From assembly GCA_016748015.1 (NCBI GenBank), contig JAAOMT010000333.1, positions 1 through 50,905 on the forward strand: a DNA stretch of 50,905 bases, in the 5' to 3' direction. Each line of letters opens with the position of its first letter. The first letter of the stretch is position 1. Below the pieces are notes generated by a model that ran no database searches, was not told where the DNA came from, and saw only the letters and a list, made by a program, of their open reading frames with translations. Both the position numbers and the translations under genes were made by a program. The stretch comes from Geosiphon pyriformis uo1 (Eukaryota; Fungi; Glomeromycota). Shown in pieces: positions 35,281 to 50,200 of this stretch.

Positions 35281-36956
35281 ATGGCCATGGAAGAACGCAC
35301 ATTTGCTACTCGTGATCCGAGTGTTTGGGTTAAACAGGAGCGCCAAAAACTTCAAAAGTGTCTTCAAGAAAGCATTCGAGAATACGCAGGAAAATGTCAC
35401 CCAGGCGTCGAGTGGCTTAACAACTTTCTGGAAGGGATCATATTGAAAAACACTCAAAATATGGGATCTTCATTTCTGCCAATAAATCCCCAGGAAGTAT
35501 CAATAACCACGTCCTTGAAGGTACAAAGGACTTCATTATTATCTTATCCCAGCTATTCGATATCACCCAAGACCGATATTTTACCAAGTGAAATAAAACT
35601 GGAAGCTACCAGTATTCTAGCATTCAATAAAGTTCCTAAACTGAGTTTTAATGAGATTGATAGAAAATCTCCCGAGAAAAACGAATTTCAAACAAACATA
35701 GATGAACAGGTTGAAGAAATGGAAAATGAGATTGCGTCTAGCACTTTGACCCTTGATACATTTGATGGAGATCAAAAACTTCGCCGGGCAGCATTGGCTA
35801 AGGAGGTTGAGTTAAAACACAAAGCAGCAGCACAACGCAGAGAAGAAATTTTGGAAAAGAAACAAGAAGCTCTTAAACAACGCGAGGAAAAGCGAAATCT
35901 CCGGGTTAACGCGATACGTGAAGCAAAGCAGAAGGTGTATTCATAATTTTGTGTCTCGTGACATGATTGGCTAATTAACATATCCCTTTTGATCTTAAGG
36001 TAGACCCTGCCTCTATAATTACTAAAAGAAAACGTCCTGAAAAAGAAGAACCATCCGAGGTAAATAAGAATTGGATACGTTCAAAGACAGCAATAAATGT
36101 CAAAAGAACAACAAAAATAAACTTGGTGGCTAAAAAGCCAACAACTGTTTTTTCTGGATACCGAGATACTAAACGATTAAGAATTGTGGGAAAAGATAAT
36201 TTTGATGAAAATGTTCATAAAGAAAAATTTGATCTTCCGGAAAAACTTCGACAGCAAGCTGAACGTCTCCGGCAAGAGGCTTTTCAAAAAGAGAAAGAAG
36301 CTTTGCGGCAGGAGGCTTTACAACTGAAAACTTTTAAGGAATCGACTGCTCTCCAAGAGATCAGGAAAGAAACTCTCAGGCATATTCCTTTTTCAAAAGG
36401 AAAATCCAACCCACAACAACCCGAATCAGACAAAAAATATACAGATATAAGTGAAAAAACGTCCTTTCAAAATGTATCACAACAAGAATCTTCAAAAGGC
36501 CACACAAAATCATCTGCTGGTGAATCTCTCGAGACCAGTAGCGAGTATGTAAAAAGAAAACACTTTGTCATATTATTCATTATTTATTGATAAAATCCTC
36601 GTATTCAGTTTTTCAGATGAAGAGAATGTTCTCCCCAAAAAATTGTCCAAGCCTGTATGGTGTCAAAGCCCTGTTATATCCGCTGCTTTGGTAAAGCAAG
36701 CTCAAATAGATCCGGACACTGTTTTTGGGAGAATGCCACCTCTTCCAATGGAAGGTAAGTATTTTATAATATCAAATTTAGGTTGATAATTCTTTAGTAT
36801 CTAATAGCTTTAACAGCAACTCAATTTTCGACAGAAATTTTTATAACACGTGGAAGAAAATTTCGGCAAAGGACAAGTTCAGGAGTTTGGGAAGGTCCAG
36901 ATGATTTAACAGAAGAGGAACAATATGAATACAAATTGCAAATGGGATATTTATAG
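35281..36956 (+). CDS. INCENP: INCENP/Sli15/Pic1-like chromosomal passenger protein, ~488 aa; exons 35281-35934, 36000-36544, 36609-36754, 36835-36956
   Basis: Phase-compatible GT-AG introns; charged helical centre; C-terminal IN-box PVWCQSP..L..Q..IDPDTVFG..PPLPMEEIF..RQRTSSGVW..D.LT.EE. Confidence 0.9.
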
Positions 36957-37646
36957 ACAGCTTTCCAATAAATTGAAAGACACCGATTTGCTCTTTTTGT
37001 AGTAGCAGGCCATGTTTTCAGACCACAAAACAAAAATCAACTTCTAGATGTGACTTCTCACTATTTAAGAAATGCTACCTGTTTGTATTTACCCAATAAA
37101 TCCAAGATCATGAAGCGACGATCATCAAAATCTCCCATACTCTAGTGGGAATCAAATCAAAGCTTCGTTCATAATTAGGTAGACCAAAAATTTGTTAGAG
37201 GCTGGCAGTGTGAAGCTTTATCGATAAATGATTTCCGCTTGATCCCCGCATGATAGGACGCTTCGAATAAGACGAATCTCACGCTATTGAAAGGGATTCT
37301 CTTAAACTCTTTCGACTTCCCCTTTCCCAAAACAATATTTTAGACAAAACCTCTGACTTTTTATATATCGAACCTTGAAAAATACCGACAAGCATTAGGG
37401 ATATTCTTTCTGATTTTAAAGGATCAAGTATCATTCTTTAGAAATATGTAAGGTATGATGATTGGATTTTGATTGTGATGAATTTAAGAATTAAGATACT
37501 TGGGCGTATTCTCGCTTAAAAAGCTTGAAAAAAAACTCAATAGTACGGAGGACAACCATGTGTGATTTTTATATTCGTTGTGTTGATGATGATTTCTAGG
37601 CATTTTTCTTTCGAATGGGATTTAGAGGTATTAGTTGATTGCCTTT

Positions 37647-40242
37647 CTACAATTCTGGTAATTGGAAATTGGTGATTTGAGGGAGATAGGCGCATGCTGA
37701 AAGATCTAGGACAAAGACGTCATCAAAAACGGTATGTCCATCATAACCTCCGAACACGAACAATCGAGAATCATGGAGTACCGTGGTATGGTAACCTCTA
37801 CCAGATGGTGGTGACCCATATACTTTGCGAGTTTCCCATTGTAATGTGACTATAAATAATTATAAAGAGTGTATAGTAAGTAAAGCTGAAAACCCAAATC
37901 TCAGTTAGTGTATGCACAACATGTGATCGACTTATAGTAATATTAAATCAAAATTCTAACATCCAAATTATTCAAAATCTATGGGTAGCCGCAGTAAGTC
38001 TTTAACGATAAATTTTAACATAAAGCAAGCAGGTCAGGCCATGAACTTATAAGGTCTTGTCACTTCCATATTTCGAGTCAAATATAAAATCACATACCAA
38101 GGTTTAGAAGCAAAATATCGGATGTATACTTTGCACCGTCATGACCACAAACCACGAAAAGATAAGAGCCAACTTGCGTGGCTGTATGGGAAAGTCGTGG
38201 ATAGGAATTTTCGACAGGGACTTGAATCCATGAATTTGTATCTGAAAATAAATAAATTGGAGTGTATAATTCTATATCAAAAGTAACAATCGAATCTATG
38301 TAAAATAGCATTTTGCGCCAATAGTGAAAAAGATAATTTGAAACTATTATCCCGCTCTGAGCAATCGACTTTACCTAATGAGCAAATAAGACATTGATTT
38401 GAAAGCTTTACAATCTACATACCTAGGTCTAAGACATGAACATCTTTAAAACATTCATGGCCGTCACTTCCTCCATACACGACCAATTTGCTCCCCACTA
38501 AATTACTTGTATGGTAACCTCTAGAAATAGGGGGTCGCCCCAATGGTTCTATTTCTTCCCAAACTAGATTGTTCAAGTCCGAGATATTCAATGCATAGAC
38601 ATCATTGAGAGCCTGGGAACCATCTCCTCCTCCGAAAACATGAATCCGGTTATTATAATATACAGTGGTATGAGCACGCCGAGGTGATGGAAGGTTTCCT
38701 GATGTTGTAGGCTTACTCCAGGTTAATGTATCTACGTGAGTTAGAAAATAAGCGAACAATCAATCGTATTTCGCCAGAGGAAAATTCTTAAATAATAAAA
38801 AATTACCGGTGTCGAAAATAAATAAATCGTTAAAATATACAGGCCCATCACCACCACCAAAAATAAATAGTTTTTTGTCTACGAGGGTGGAGGAGTGGGC
38901 ACGACAAGCCGGTGGAGGATCACCAAAAATTCTTGGTTTACACCAATACATCGTATCTAATATAGAGTGAAAGTCAATGTTAAGATCCAAGGAATCCAAA
39001 AACTTTCCGAGAAATTTAAATTAAAGCTTACTCACCAGCATCAAAAACATATACGTTGCTGAAACAAGTACGGGCATCACACCCGCCAAAAACGTACATT
39101 AATTCACCAACCAAATTTACAGTATGAGCTCTGAGTGCCCGAGCAGGTGTTTTTCCATGCGTTCGTATTTTGGACCAATACATGGCAGGCGCCGGAGCCT
39201 GCGGAACAGGAGGGGCTGGGGGAATTAGAGGTTCATTGCCGAGTAAATTATTTCTTCTTCCATCACGATGATGGTCATGGATATGGTGATGCCTTCTAGA
39301 ATTTATAGATATTGATTGTCGGGCCATTGGATTTAGATGATGGTTAGTATTCATGGAATTCCTGTGACGGGGTATATTGGAGCCAGGAGAGGATTGTAAG
39401 CCGTTATTTACAAATGTCGGAGGTGGAGTAGTGGTTGGTGAATTGACAGGAAGGTATGTTGGTGAACCAATAACTTGAGGCGAATTATTAAGAGAACTAG
39501 TTGTTGCTGGTACAGAAAATGGCGCGCGAAGTCCTTGTGTGCTAGAAGCTCGGGTGGTTGTTGATGAATCAGATGTATCCGAGAGCTTTCGAGGTGAGGT
39601 TGGAAAGTTATAAGTGTTACTTAAAGGAGAAGACGTTTCATTAGGATTTGAAGATATTGTTAATGGAGGAGGTGTTGTATTATATAGACCACCATTTTCA
39701 TTAGGTGTGGGAGGGAGGGTAGGTGATTCATCAGGAAATGCAGGTGTAGCGTCTGCCGTATCGTCACCGTCGCCGTCCGTAGTAAAACTCGATTTCTTCC
39801 TATTTAATTTAAGAGTTTTTTTAAAAGTTGTAACCTCTTTTATAAAAACATTTTGATTTGATCAAATACTGAGAAGGATTAATGGGCAAGGGATAGGGAA
39901 AACAAAATATACACTAATGAAATATTTCATCATTTAATATATTGTAAAACCTATCACTCAGGATTAGATTCTCGAAAGAAGTAAAGCTTGCACTATTTGC
40001 AAGCATTGAAATATCAAAGAAAAATATTAGTTTAAATCACCGTGCCAACTATAAATTACCCAGATTTAATCTTTTCTGGGATTCTATCCTTTCACAACTT
40101 CCCCCAGGTGAAGTAAGGGAGATATTGGAATCAATTTGAAAAAACTTTAGCGTTAAATAACATACCTCGGTTGAGGAAGATTATTGATCGTTGAATCGGG
40201 TTTCAAAAGATTTATGGAAGAGGAGGGGGAGCTGGACATCAT
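37647..40242 (-). CDS. Kelch-repeat beta-propeller protein with a Ser/Pro/Thr-rich N-terminus; exons 40242-40166, 39799-39036, 38956-38807, 38731-38423, 38241-38098, 37849-37647
   Basis: Six kelch repeats (RAHT..VFGG, RAHS..IFGG, RAHT..VFGG, GYHT..VYGG, LSHT..VCG, GYHT..VFGG) joined by GT-AG introns; first exon less certain. Confidence 0.9.
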
Positions 40243-40749
40243 ACAAAGACTGAGTTGTGGTTGCTTCTAACGGTTTATTAAAGTTTGCACTTGGGTGAAC
40301 AGAGATGTAGTAAAGGAACGATGAACGACCAAATGGTTCTGAGAACACATCAGATAAATTAATACTTATGGCAAGAAAGATATGACCCCTTTTGAAAGGT
40401 CTTTGATAAAATTGAATGTATCACAGAAAATATTTTCAGCCAAAAACCAGTATTGGGAGGGTAATAAATCTTTAGAATTAATATTAAATTCAATTTGTAA
40501 CCTTATATTAAAACTTATAGCAAAGAGCATTTTTATGCAAATTCTTAGTTCAATTTCAATTTTATGAGTTAATTATTTTCATTGGCCAATCAAAAAAACT
40601 TATTATTATTTACAAATTTTGATATTTGACGTGTTTTATTATTATATAAAATAACTTTTCAAGAAATATTTTTTGAACTTTTTAAAAGCTAAAGGTTGAG
40701 CTTAAACTTCATTTTTTTAAAATTATGTAAACTAATTTATTAAATATCA

Positions 40750-43700
40750 AAAAAAAACTTCTTTTTCTCCTATGTCCCAAATTCTCCAAAGAGCATAATT
40801 TTGATAAAAAAGTTTTTTTATTTTTTTCTTGTTGTTTTTGTCAATATTTTTCAACTCAATAACTCTTTTGTTGTGGAATTAGAAGCTGCTTCAAGTGGTA
40901 ATATGTCTAAAAAAAAGCACCCAAAGAGACTTTTTATGGTTTTGCTGGTGGTTTTTTTTTTTAAAAAAAGAAAATAGTACTTGGTAATATTAAACACTTT
41001 AATAATAATAAGACCATCTTTTTGGTTAAGTTTGGTTTTAGCAATAATATGTTCTTAAATATGAATAGTGATTTTAATAATGGTAAATATGGTGGTTTTG
41101 TGACTGGTATTGATGATAATTTTTTTTTGGTTTAACTATTACCACTCTTAAGATTAAAAGAGTTGTTTCTGCTGTGATTTTTAGTTTTTTAGATTTTGAT
41201 ATAGATAAAAAAATTGGATCTTTTTCATCTCCTCTCAATATCTTATTAAACAAGAAATAAATTGACCCTAAAGTTACTAAAACTTAAATGAAAGTATTTA
41301 TCAAAAAGCTTTTTATTTTAAATATTAATTTTTTAGCTATAAAAAACAAGTTAACTACAGCAAAGACCCAAATAATCAGAAAAATATTCTTAATAATCAA
41401 TAGTTTTGGAAAGGCTACTATTTTTTCAAAGTTTAAAGAAATTATTTGATTAATATTTACATTTAAAAAAAGTATAAAAAAAGCTGTATCATTGGCTAAA
41501 AATAAAAAAATTATTATAAACAACAATGTTAAAAAACAAAAAAATTATTTAAATCAGATTAGTTATTAAAGAAATTTTTATAGATATATTAAAGTAAATA
41601 ATTGTTATAATTTTTTTTAAGTTTAGTCAAATGGTGTTAATCTAATTACAATTAATTGGGCTGTAGCAGAAGACTGTAATAAAGCTTACTGAATTAGAAC
41701 AGACCAATCATTTAACAGTTAAATAATCATTCTTAATAAAAAAAAACTTAATTTATATAGTAAAAACTATGAAAAATTGTGATATTTAGATGTTAAAAAA
41801 TTATTTTAGAGCATTTTTGTTTACTTTATCTGTAAGAATAACTGCTCATAATTTTGGTAATCTGTTAAAAAAGACTGGTAAAAAAACTTGTATTATTAAT
41901 TATTTATTTAATACTGACAATAAAGTTTACTGTATAATAGTTAACTTTAAATTAAAAAAGAAATTGAAATTAATTTTTCACATGAAACTTATTCTGGATG
42001 GCATTAAATTCTTTTGAACTAGAATAAATCTGGTTTATTATGAAAAATATGGATATTTTGGTTATTTATCTCTTGAATGTGATTTTTCTGGTTTATCTAT
42101 TTTTATCTCAAAAAAAGTTTATAAAAAAAATATGTTAGATAAAAATTGTCTTTAGCTGGTTTATTTTTATGTAAAAAAAATGTTTATATAGCTTAATTTG
42201 CTGTATTTAATTACAAGTTTTAAGCATAAGTAGTATTACTAGTAATTTTACTTATTATATTTTCTAATGGTATTTGTTTTGGTTCTGGTTTGCTTTTGGT
42301 CAGTGTTTTATATATTAGTAAAGCTTTTTCTGTTATTATAGATAATATATCTATTAATGCTTACTTGGTTTCATTAAAATATTTTTTAGAACTTTTGGTT
42401 AACCAAATATCTAGTATTGTATACAAGCTAAAAAATTTGGAACTAATGTCTTTGATGTTTATTTTTTAATCTTTTATCTTAACTGTTTTAGTGTCTTTAA
42501 ACTCAGGTTTGGATTTGGACATGATCTTAGATAATTATTTAATATTGTCTCATTTCCTATCTTTGTTATAAAAAACAAGTTTTCTGATTTAAATTTAAAT
42601 AGTTCAAGAATTCTGACCATTAAAGTTGGTGGCTTGAAATCAAAGATGGTTGCTTTTGAGATTTTTGTTGGTTCAGTTTTAAGAAGATTAGATTAATTGT
42701 GTACTGGTTTAAGTTTTTTGACACATTTTTTATCTTGATAGATAATTTTATCTGAAAAATAACTATATGCAATATTAAAAACATAAACAATATGATTAAG
42801 CAGAAAGATATAATTAAATAATACAATGAATCTGATAATTGAATTTCTATTATCACTAAGACTAAGCTAAAGAAACAGACTAAATTCTGGATAAAAAATA
42901 GGTTTTAAAGTATAAAAGTTTTTGTTTTTGGTTTAGATACTGGTTATGTGGAAACTAAAGTGACAATAATAATAAATGATACTTTAGCTTAACATATATA
43001 CAAGATCTTTGAAGTTTTTGGTCATTTTATTTCAATTTGTTTATTATTTAGCAACAAAATTTCAGTAACAATTTTGAGTTTATATGTTGATATCTTAGCT
43101 AACATACAATTTAATTAAGCCTATAAAATAAATTCAGTTATTGCTAAAGTGATTGTTTCAAGTTTTTATGTTGTATTGAGTGGCAACTTCAATAAAGCTA
43201 GTATAAAACATAGTGTAAGCTTTAAAAAATGTTTTGATTTAGGTTTGTGTAATTTTCTGATGGATAATTTAGCTGTTAAGATTTTAACATAGAACAATTC
43301 AAGAAATACAAGAAAAACTATTAACTACATTCTGATTAATGAATATTTTTTGATAACAATAGTTGAGTATAAGATCTGTGATGTTTTTGATTTTTTTAAT
43401 ATTAATCATTTAACTGTTGTGACTTTAATTGGTTTGGGTAGCTTTTTAAATATATGTCTGAACACAATTTGCAAACAAGCTAATAAGAATCAATAGAAAT
43501 TTGGCATTAAAGATGCAGACAATTCAAAATGAACTCAGTTTAAAAAATACTTATCAGAATGGATATTTAGTGTGCTTAACAGATTTTATATTGCAAAAAA
43601 ACAAAGTAATTTAAATACTATGTAAAAGCTTCTAAAATCAGTAATAGTTAAGTTAATGGACAAAATCTTTCACAAAATTTGGTTTAAAGATTTCAATAAT

Positions 43701-44202
43701 TTTAGAAATAAGCAGTTTTCAAGATTCTACAAATTGAAAATTTTGGTTTTGAAATTGGTTAAGACTTTTTTCTCAAAGAATACTATTAAGTTTGACTGTC
43801 TTGAAAATATTTGGTCTAGATTAAATACTGTTAATTTTCTTAAGCTGTTGTTTTTGGTTAAAAATAAAGTAAAAAGTAAAAAAATAAATATTTTTTTATT
43901 AAAAGTCAAAAAAACATATTACACATCCAAATATCAAAAATCTAAGACTATAAAAACAGTTATAATTTAGAATATAATTGATAAAAGAATAGAAGACTTC
44001 TGTATAAACAAAGATTGTATAATCAAAAATGTTTTGAAAAAACTTTTTTAAAAGATGGTTTTAAATTATTTAGTAGTAAATAAAGATTTGATTTTGAAAT
44101 CTAAAATAGTGAAAGCCAAAATAGATGAAATTATAGAAAACTGAACTAAAAAAAGACTGGTGTTCAAAGTAGTATTAAATTTTTGGTTTTGACAATACAT
44201 GT
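40750..44202 (+). mobile_element. Heavily decayed LINE 5' portion (ORF1 and APE), cut by a Gypsy LTR
   Basis: Same 5' terminus as 15070; colinear residual motifs (IWKITICN, SGNFN, TINYIL, KIWFKDF). Confidence 0.85.
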
Positions 44203-47200
44203 TGTTATGAGTAAACTTAGTGGGATATAGTAGTAATGTTTGGTGCTTTATTTTTGGATCTATTAAAGTTGTCTGCTTTTTCCACAGTGTCAATGTTATC
44301 AGTCTCTTGAAGATCTATTCCTGAATGTGAATTTACTCATTGAGTTCTTTGGTTATAAGACACAGAGTTTGTTTTTTGTCGAATGCAATGTTTTCCACAA
44401 ATGTGAGCTTTCTTCTCTGCATTAACGAGCACAGTCATTAGGGTCTAGCATTGTCTTTTCGCCCTTCTGATAAGCTACCAATATAACATTAATATCCAAA
44501 ACTTAGGAGGAGCTTCTCTCTTTTACCAGGCTATTATGAAGTCTATTCCAAGACAGTCAATTTTCCTATATTGCTGCTCCACAAAAAAACAAAAAAAGAA
44601 AAAAAAAAGAAAAAAAAAGAAAAAAAAAGAATTAGTTTCTATCAATTGCCATGATCAAGAGTGATTGGTCCAAATTGTTAAGAGTTCAAGGCATTTATGC
44701 TAATAGCATCTGTTCCAGAACAAAGTAGAAACTATTGATTTTAATTTCAATTTAAATCCATAAGATTGGAAAATATGAATTGGCAAATTGGAATTTTTTG
44801 TTTTGATAATTTATTGTATTTCAGACTTATAAATATGTAATAAGTATAATACAAAGTAAAATTTATTGCTAACTGACTGTCTTTTCAACTTCTATAACTA
44901 TTTGCTTTTATACATTCTTTTGGTTTTACAGGATTGCTTTCAATTGCTTCACTATTGCTAGCTATTGCTTGTGTTTGCTCTGTGTTATCTCGAGTTGTAC
45001 CACGTTTTTCTTGTCATATTTCTTTGTCACGTTTTTCCATAGCTTTTTGGTTTTTCTACTCAGGTAACATTATCTCTCCCTTTTTAAAATTGAGCTCCTG
45101 CGAAATCATCTATTTCAACCAAGTTTGTGTTTTCCATAAAGAACTCTAATATTGCCTTCAGTATTGCTTTTTGTAGAACTTCAAATTGGGTGTTTGTCAT
45201 CTGTCCTATGTTGTTAACTGTGATAGTTTTCAGAGTTTTGTTTAGTAGTACTATTGGACAGTATTTAAATACTGAATGTAGTCAGTATGTTGCTTTGTAG
45301 TATAGGTTTAAGTTGTTTCTTCTTATGAATTTTTTTACTTGTCTGTGAGTTTCTTTGTTGATTGTTCGATGGTTGAGGTTTTTGTATGGGCTATTTAATC
45401 CTAATTGCAACCCAATTTTAAATAGCCAATAGATGAGTGGATCTTTTTTCCATTTTTTCACGTTTTCAGATGTCCATTCTCCTGTTACTGGCTCTAGTGT
45501 TTGCCTGTTCAGCCTCTTCCTTATTTCCTCAATTCTTACCTGACACAGTTTCATTTCTGTTACCTTCCCCTTTTTCTTTGCTGTGTCAGGTCCTATTTAT
45601 GCCATATCCTTTTTTCTCTTTCTTTTTTAGGGAGAAGTTTGCTCATAGGAGTGAGACAGCTTAGTTTTAGTTGAACTCTTGTCCACCCCTTTCTTGCTCC
45701 TATCCCTGTATCATATCTCTTTTTTATCAATTGTGATTTCTATTTGAGTGGAAAATTGTTGAATTGCATCAAATAGTTGTTTTGAGAGTTGTAAAATTTG
45801 ATTTGACAAGTTCATGTTGAAAGTTCTATCATTTTTTGCTGTTTTTTGGATGCTATATATATTTGAATTTCCCAATTTAATTTGTTATATGTTGTCTATG
45901 TTTTGATGACAATGATTGGTTCCAGATCTTGTGGTATATCTTCTGGTTTGATTAATGGGATTTGTGTTCCTAGTTGATGTACTGATGACAATGACTGTTG
46001 TTTCACATGATAAATTTTTAATCGATTCCCATGAGCTACTTTTTTTAAAATTCTGTCTTCCAATTGTAATTTGTAAACTCTATTTCCTAAAGCTTCATGT
46101 ATGTGAAATGGGCTGTCTCACTTTGGGTTGAATTTTCTACTCTATTGTTTTTCTGCTTTTGTATAATGTAATAATACTTGGTCTCCAATTTTAAATTCTA
46201 TTGGTTGTTTAAATAAGTGATTATCATGTCTTTCTTTTTGTCGTTTTTAAGGATTATTAATATTGTCAGCTGCTATTCTATGATTGTTTTCTAACATTTT
46301 CATTAACTGGTACATTTTTTGGCATAAGATATCTTCAAAATTTTCTTCATTGATAGTTTCTGTTGAGTAGGACATTATTTCTCATTTAATAAGTAATATT
46401 GTTTTTCTTCCATAGACTAATTCTAATAGTGTAAACTGTGTTGTATTTTGCTTTAATGTTTGATATGTAAAGAGTACAGAAGGTATGAATAAGTTCCATT
46501 CTTGTTTGTTTTCGTAACTTATTTTTGCTAATGCTTTACATAACGTTCTCTTAAACTGTTCCACCAGTCCATTTGTTTGTGAGTGATATAGTGACAATAG
46601 AAGTCATTTTATACCAAAACATTAACTCAATTCAGTTAACATAGTATTGACGAAATATGTTCCTTGGTCCGATAACAGTTCTTTCAGGCATCCATGTCTG
46701 CATATTAAATCTTGGTGTATGAATTCAGCTACTGTTTTGGCATTAGCTACTTGGATTGCTCTTGCTTCTGGCCATTTTGTAAGATAGTCTATGGCTATCA
46801 TGATATAACAATTTCTTTTGGATGTAATCAAAAGAGGACCAATCATATTGATTCCGATTCTATCAAATGGATTTCCAACTAGAATGGGTTGAAGTGGTTC
46901 TGTTATTCTGGCTCCTCTTTTTTGCTGGCATGAGTCACAATTGAGAACATATTCGAAGATATCCTTATATATTGTAGACCAATAGTATAGATTTGTTGTT
47001 CTTTCCAAAGTCGTGTTTTTGTTAAAGTGTCCTACAGTTGGATCAGAATGCATACTATATAATATAGCTTCTTTTCACTGTCCTTGATCAATCACTATGG
47101 GGTGGTGCAATTTTATCATTTTCAATGATAGAGTTGGTCATTTTGAATAAAGTAATTTCACACTTGTTTCCATATGGTATTTAGTTCCTGTTGAGATAAT

Positions 47201-50200
47201 ATTTCTTTAAAACATAGTGTTGATAGGTACTGATGTAATTGCTGATAAGTAAGTGTGTTCATGGGTCCAAGATTAGATTTGTGGCATTCTTGACAAACTG
47301 TCGGCATTGGTGTTCTTGGATCTTTTCTTGTAATGAACTTTGAGTGAGAATTATTGTAGATAAGTACTTCATCTTGCATATTTTCCTTCCAGTTATGAGT
47401 TATTGAGTAGCCAGATTAATCCTTTATGATCAGTATATAGATCAAATAGTTGTCTAAAATAGTGTTTTCATGTTTGTACAGCCCAATAAATGGCAAGGTA
47501 TTCCAAATCCATTGTGCTATATATTTTTTCTGTTGGGCTGGTACTGCGACTTGTGTAGGTAATTGAATGTTCTTTTCTGTCTGGTCCTATTTGTGATAAT
47601 ACAGCTCCTAATGTATTTTTTGATGCATTTGTAGTGACAATGAATTGTTTGGTGAAGTTGGGATAGATTAGTATTGGAGATGTGATTAATCGCTGTTTAA
47701 GATAGTCAAAGACCTTTTGTTGCTCTTCCTTTCACAGATACAGCATGTATTTGGACAACAAGTAATGAAGGAGTTTTGCAATAGTTGAGAATCCTTTGAT
47801 GAATTGGCGGTAGTATTCAGCCAATCCTAAAAATCCTCATAGCTCTCGTAGGTTGATTGGGACTGAAAAATCTTTGACCTTTTGAATTTTGTTTAGGTCA
47901 GGTTTTACTCCGTTTTTTCTGATCATGTGTCCTAAGAATTTCAGTTCGGTTTTTCTGAAGAAGCATTTATCAGGGTTGAATTTCAATCTGGCATCTTGAA
48001 GGCATTCAAAGACTTGTTGCAAATCAAGCAAATATTTATTGAATGTTTCCAAGAAGACATTGGTGTTGTTCAAGTATACTATGATGGATTTCCATAAGAT
48101 TCTTTTATACATGACATCCATGAGATGTTGGAAGGTAGCAGGAGCATTGCACAGTCCAAAAGACATCATGTTGAATTCAAAATTTCTGTCTTGGGTGGTG
48201 AATGCCATTTTCCCTTTGTCTTTTGGGTCTATTTTGACTTGTCAATATCCACTAGCTAGATCTAATAATGAGAACCATTTTTTCTTTCCTAAGTTGTCTA
48301 GGATTTCTTGGATAAAAGAAGTGAGATAGCTATCTCCTTGGATAATGCTATTTAATTTCCAGTAATCCACACAGAATTGTATTTTTCCATTCTTTTTTGT
48401 GACTAGGACTGGAGAGGACCAAGGGCTTAATGATTCTTTAATCAGTCCATTGTCAAGCATTTGTTGTACTTTTTGTTTAATCAGATTATCGCCAGATGGG
48501 AGTACTTGATAAGCTTACTGCTTAATAGATTGAGCATCTCCAGTGTCAATCTGGTGTTTTACAATGTCAGTGCATCTGAACTCATTTTCACTGGCAAAAA
48601 CATTGATATATTGGTTCAATAGAATCTTAAGTTGCATTTGCTGTAAAGTGCTCAGATTTCCCAAATTGAGTTTATTGATTTCTTTTGGCGTGAACAAATA
48701 ACTTTCTTTTGGCAGGTTCTATACTTGTAAGGTAATATCACAAAACAAGAACAATTAAGCGAAATCTGGAATGGGCTGGGGTTTTTCTGGATTCTGAATA
48801 TCTAAAGATATGGAACCAACAAGAGTTCCCTTAAGAATTTTGATAATGTTTTTGATCAAATTGTAGATGGGAATTTTGAAGTGTTTATGAGCTTTGGCTG
48901 GTAATTACAGGTTAGTGATATTAGCTAGCAAGCAGATCTCAGGATTAGTCTTGAAGATTAGTGCTTGGTTCTGAATCCTTTGGTCAACTTTGAAAATGTA
49001 TTGTTGATAAGAAGGAATGGAAATGATGATGTCAGTATAGATAAGTTCTACCTGGTTACTATCCTCCTCTGTAAAATTGACCATTACATTTCTTCTTCCA
49101 CTTGAGCCAAACCCATTGATTCCTTAGACAATAAGGCTTAATTCTTCTCAAGTGGTAACTGGGGCTAATTGGAGTATTTTGACTAAAGGTAGGAAAATGG
49201 CTTGGGCAATCTTTTCATGAGATTCGATCTTGTAAAGTTTGTCTAAATTGTTCTATAACATTATGATGATGTTTCCTGTATATCCAGCATTGATAATTCC
49301 TCTTTTTATGTCAATTCCTTTCTTTGCAAGGCTCGATCTAGATGCTATTTGTACCATGGTATTAACAGGAATTTCTAGCACTATTTTGAGATCTATTTTT
49401 ACTAGGAAATGTGGGCTATAACTATGGATGATTGTCTAGGGTATCTTAAGTCAAAACTTGCATCAGTCTCATGCACTCTTTCTGGACATATTTCTTCGTC
49501 ATTGTCACTGTATCATTTTAATTCTAATTTTTTGGAGAGGTCAGAATATGTGAGATATTGTTCTATTTTGGTAGTCTAATTTGGCTTTTGAAATAACATG
49601 TTCTTAATAAGTAATTCCTCTTCTTCCTCAAGCTCAGGTAATTTGGTAATTGGGTGTAGAATTCTGGGAGATGAGTTAAACATGAGATCACACTCATCGC
49701 AGTATTGAAAGTGGTAAGAAATTAAGCAGTAATCACATAGTTTGGTATTTAGATCAGCTAGCCACTGTTTTTGCTCTTCTTGGATTAAGGCCAATTCCTG
49801 ATATTGGTTTTGAAATGCATCAGGGTCATCTGTAAAGAAATCATCCATGGGGTAGTTGAGTCTATTATATTCAGGCATTCAAGGATTGTCCTTGATTTCT
49901 CATATTTCTTCGGGCATGGCATCTTCAGCTTTAGCACTTGTCATTCTCCAGATTTTGTGGTCATTGTGTGGATAACCATCCAGCCTATTAAGTGCTTATT
50001 TCCAAGTGTCCTTGATGGGAGTTCCCTTTTGTACCCAATTGTTGATTAATATGGTGTATTAACAAGCCTTGTCACATGTTTTTCCTCTGCCAGGCACATT
50101 ATTCTAAAGTCTTTCATCAGGCAGAATCTCACTACATGTGAGATACAGCGTGTTGTCTTACTTGCCTTGTCATTTTGGTCATCCAAATCTTTTTAGTAAA

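Noticed and set aside
39800-40165. Box C/D snoRNA in the first kelch-gene intron (ATGATGA present)
   Set aside because: No suitably placed CTGA D box or terminal stem.
44405-44425. U6 snRNA-like CAGAGAAG..AGC on the minus strand of E LTRs
   Set aside because: The match is short, with no U6 internal stem-loop or 5' stem; likely chance.
44580-44630. A-rich runs here and at 50857-50905 as retroposon poly-A tails
   Set aside because: They are the internal U-tract of minus-strand LTRs; LTR homology continues beyond 44630.
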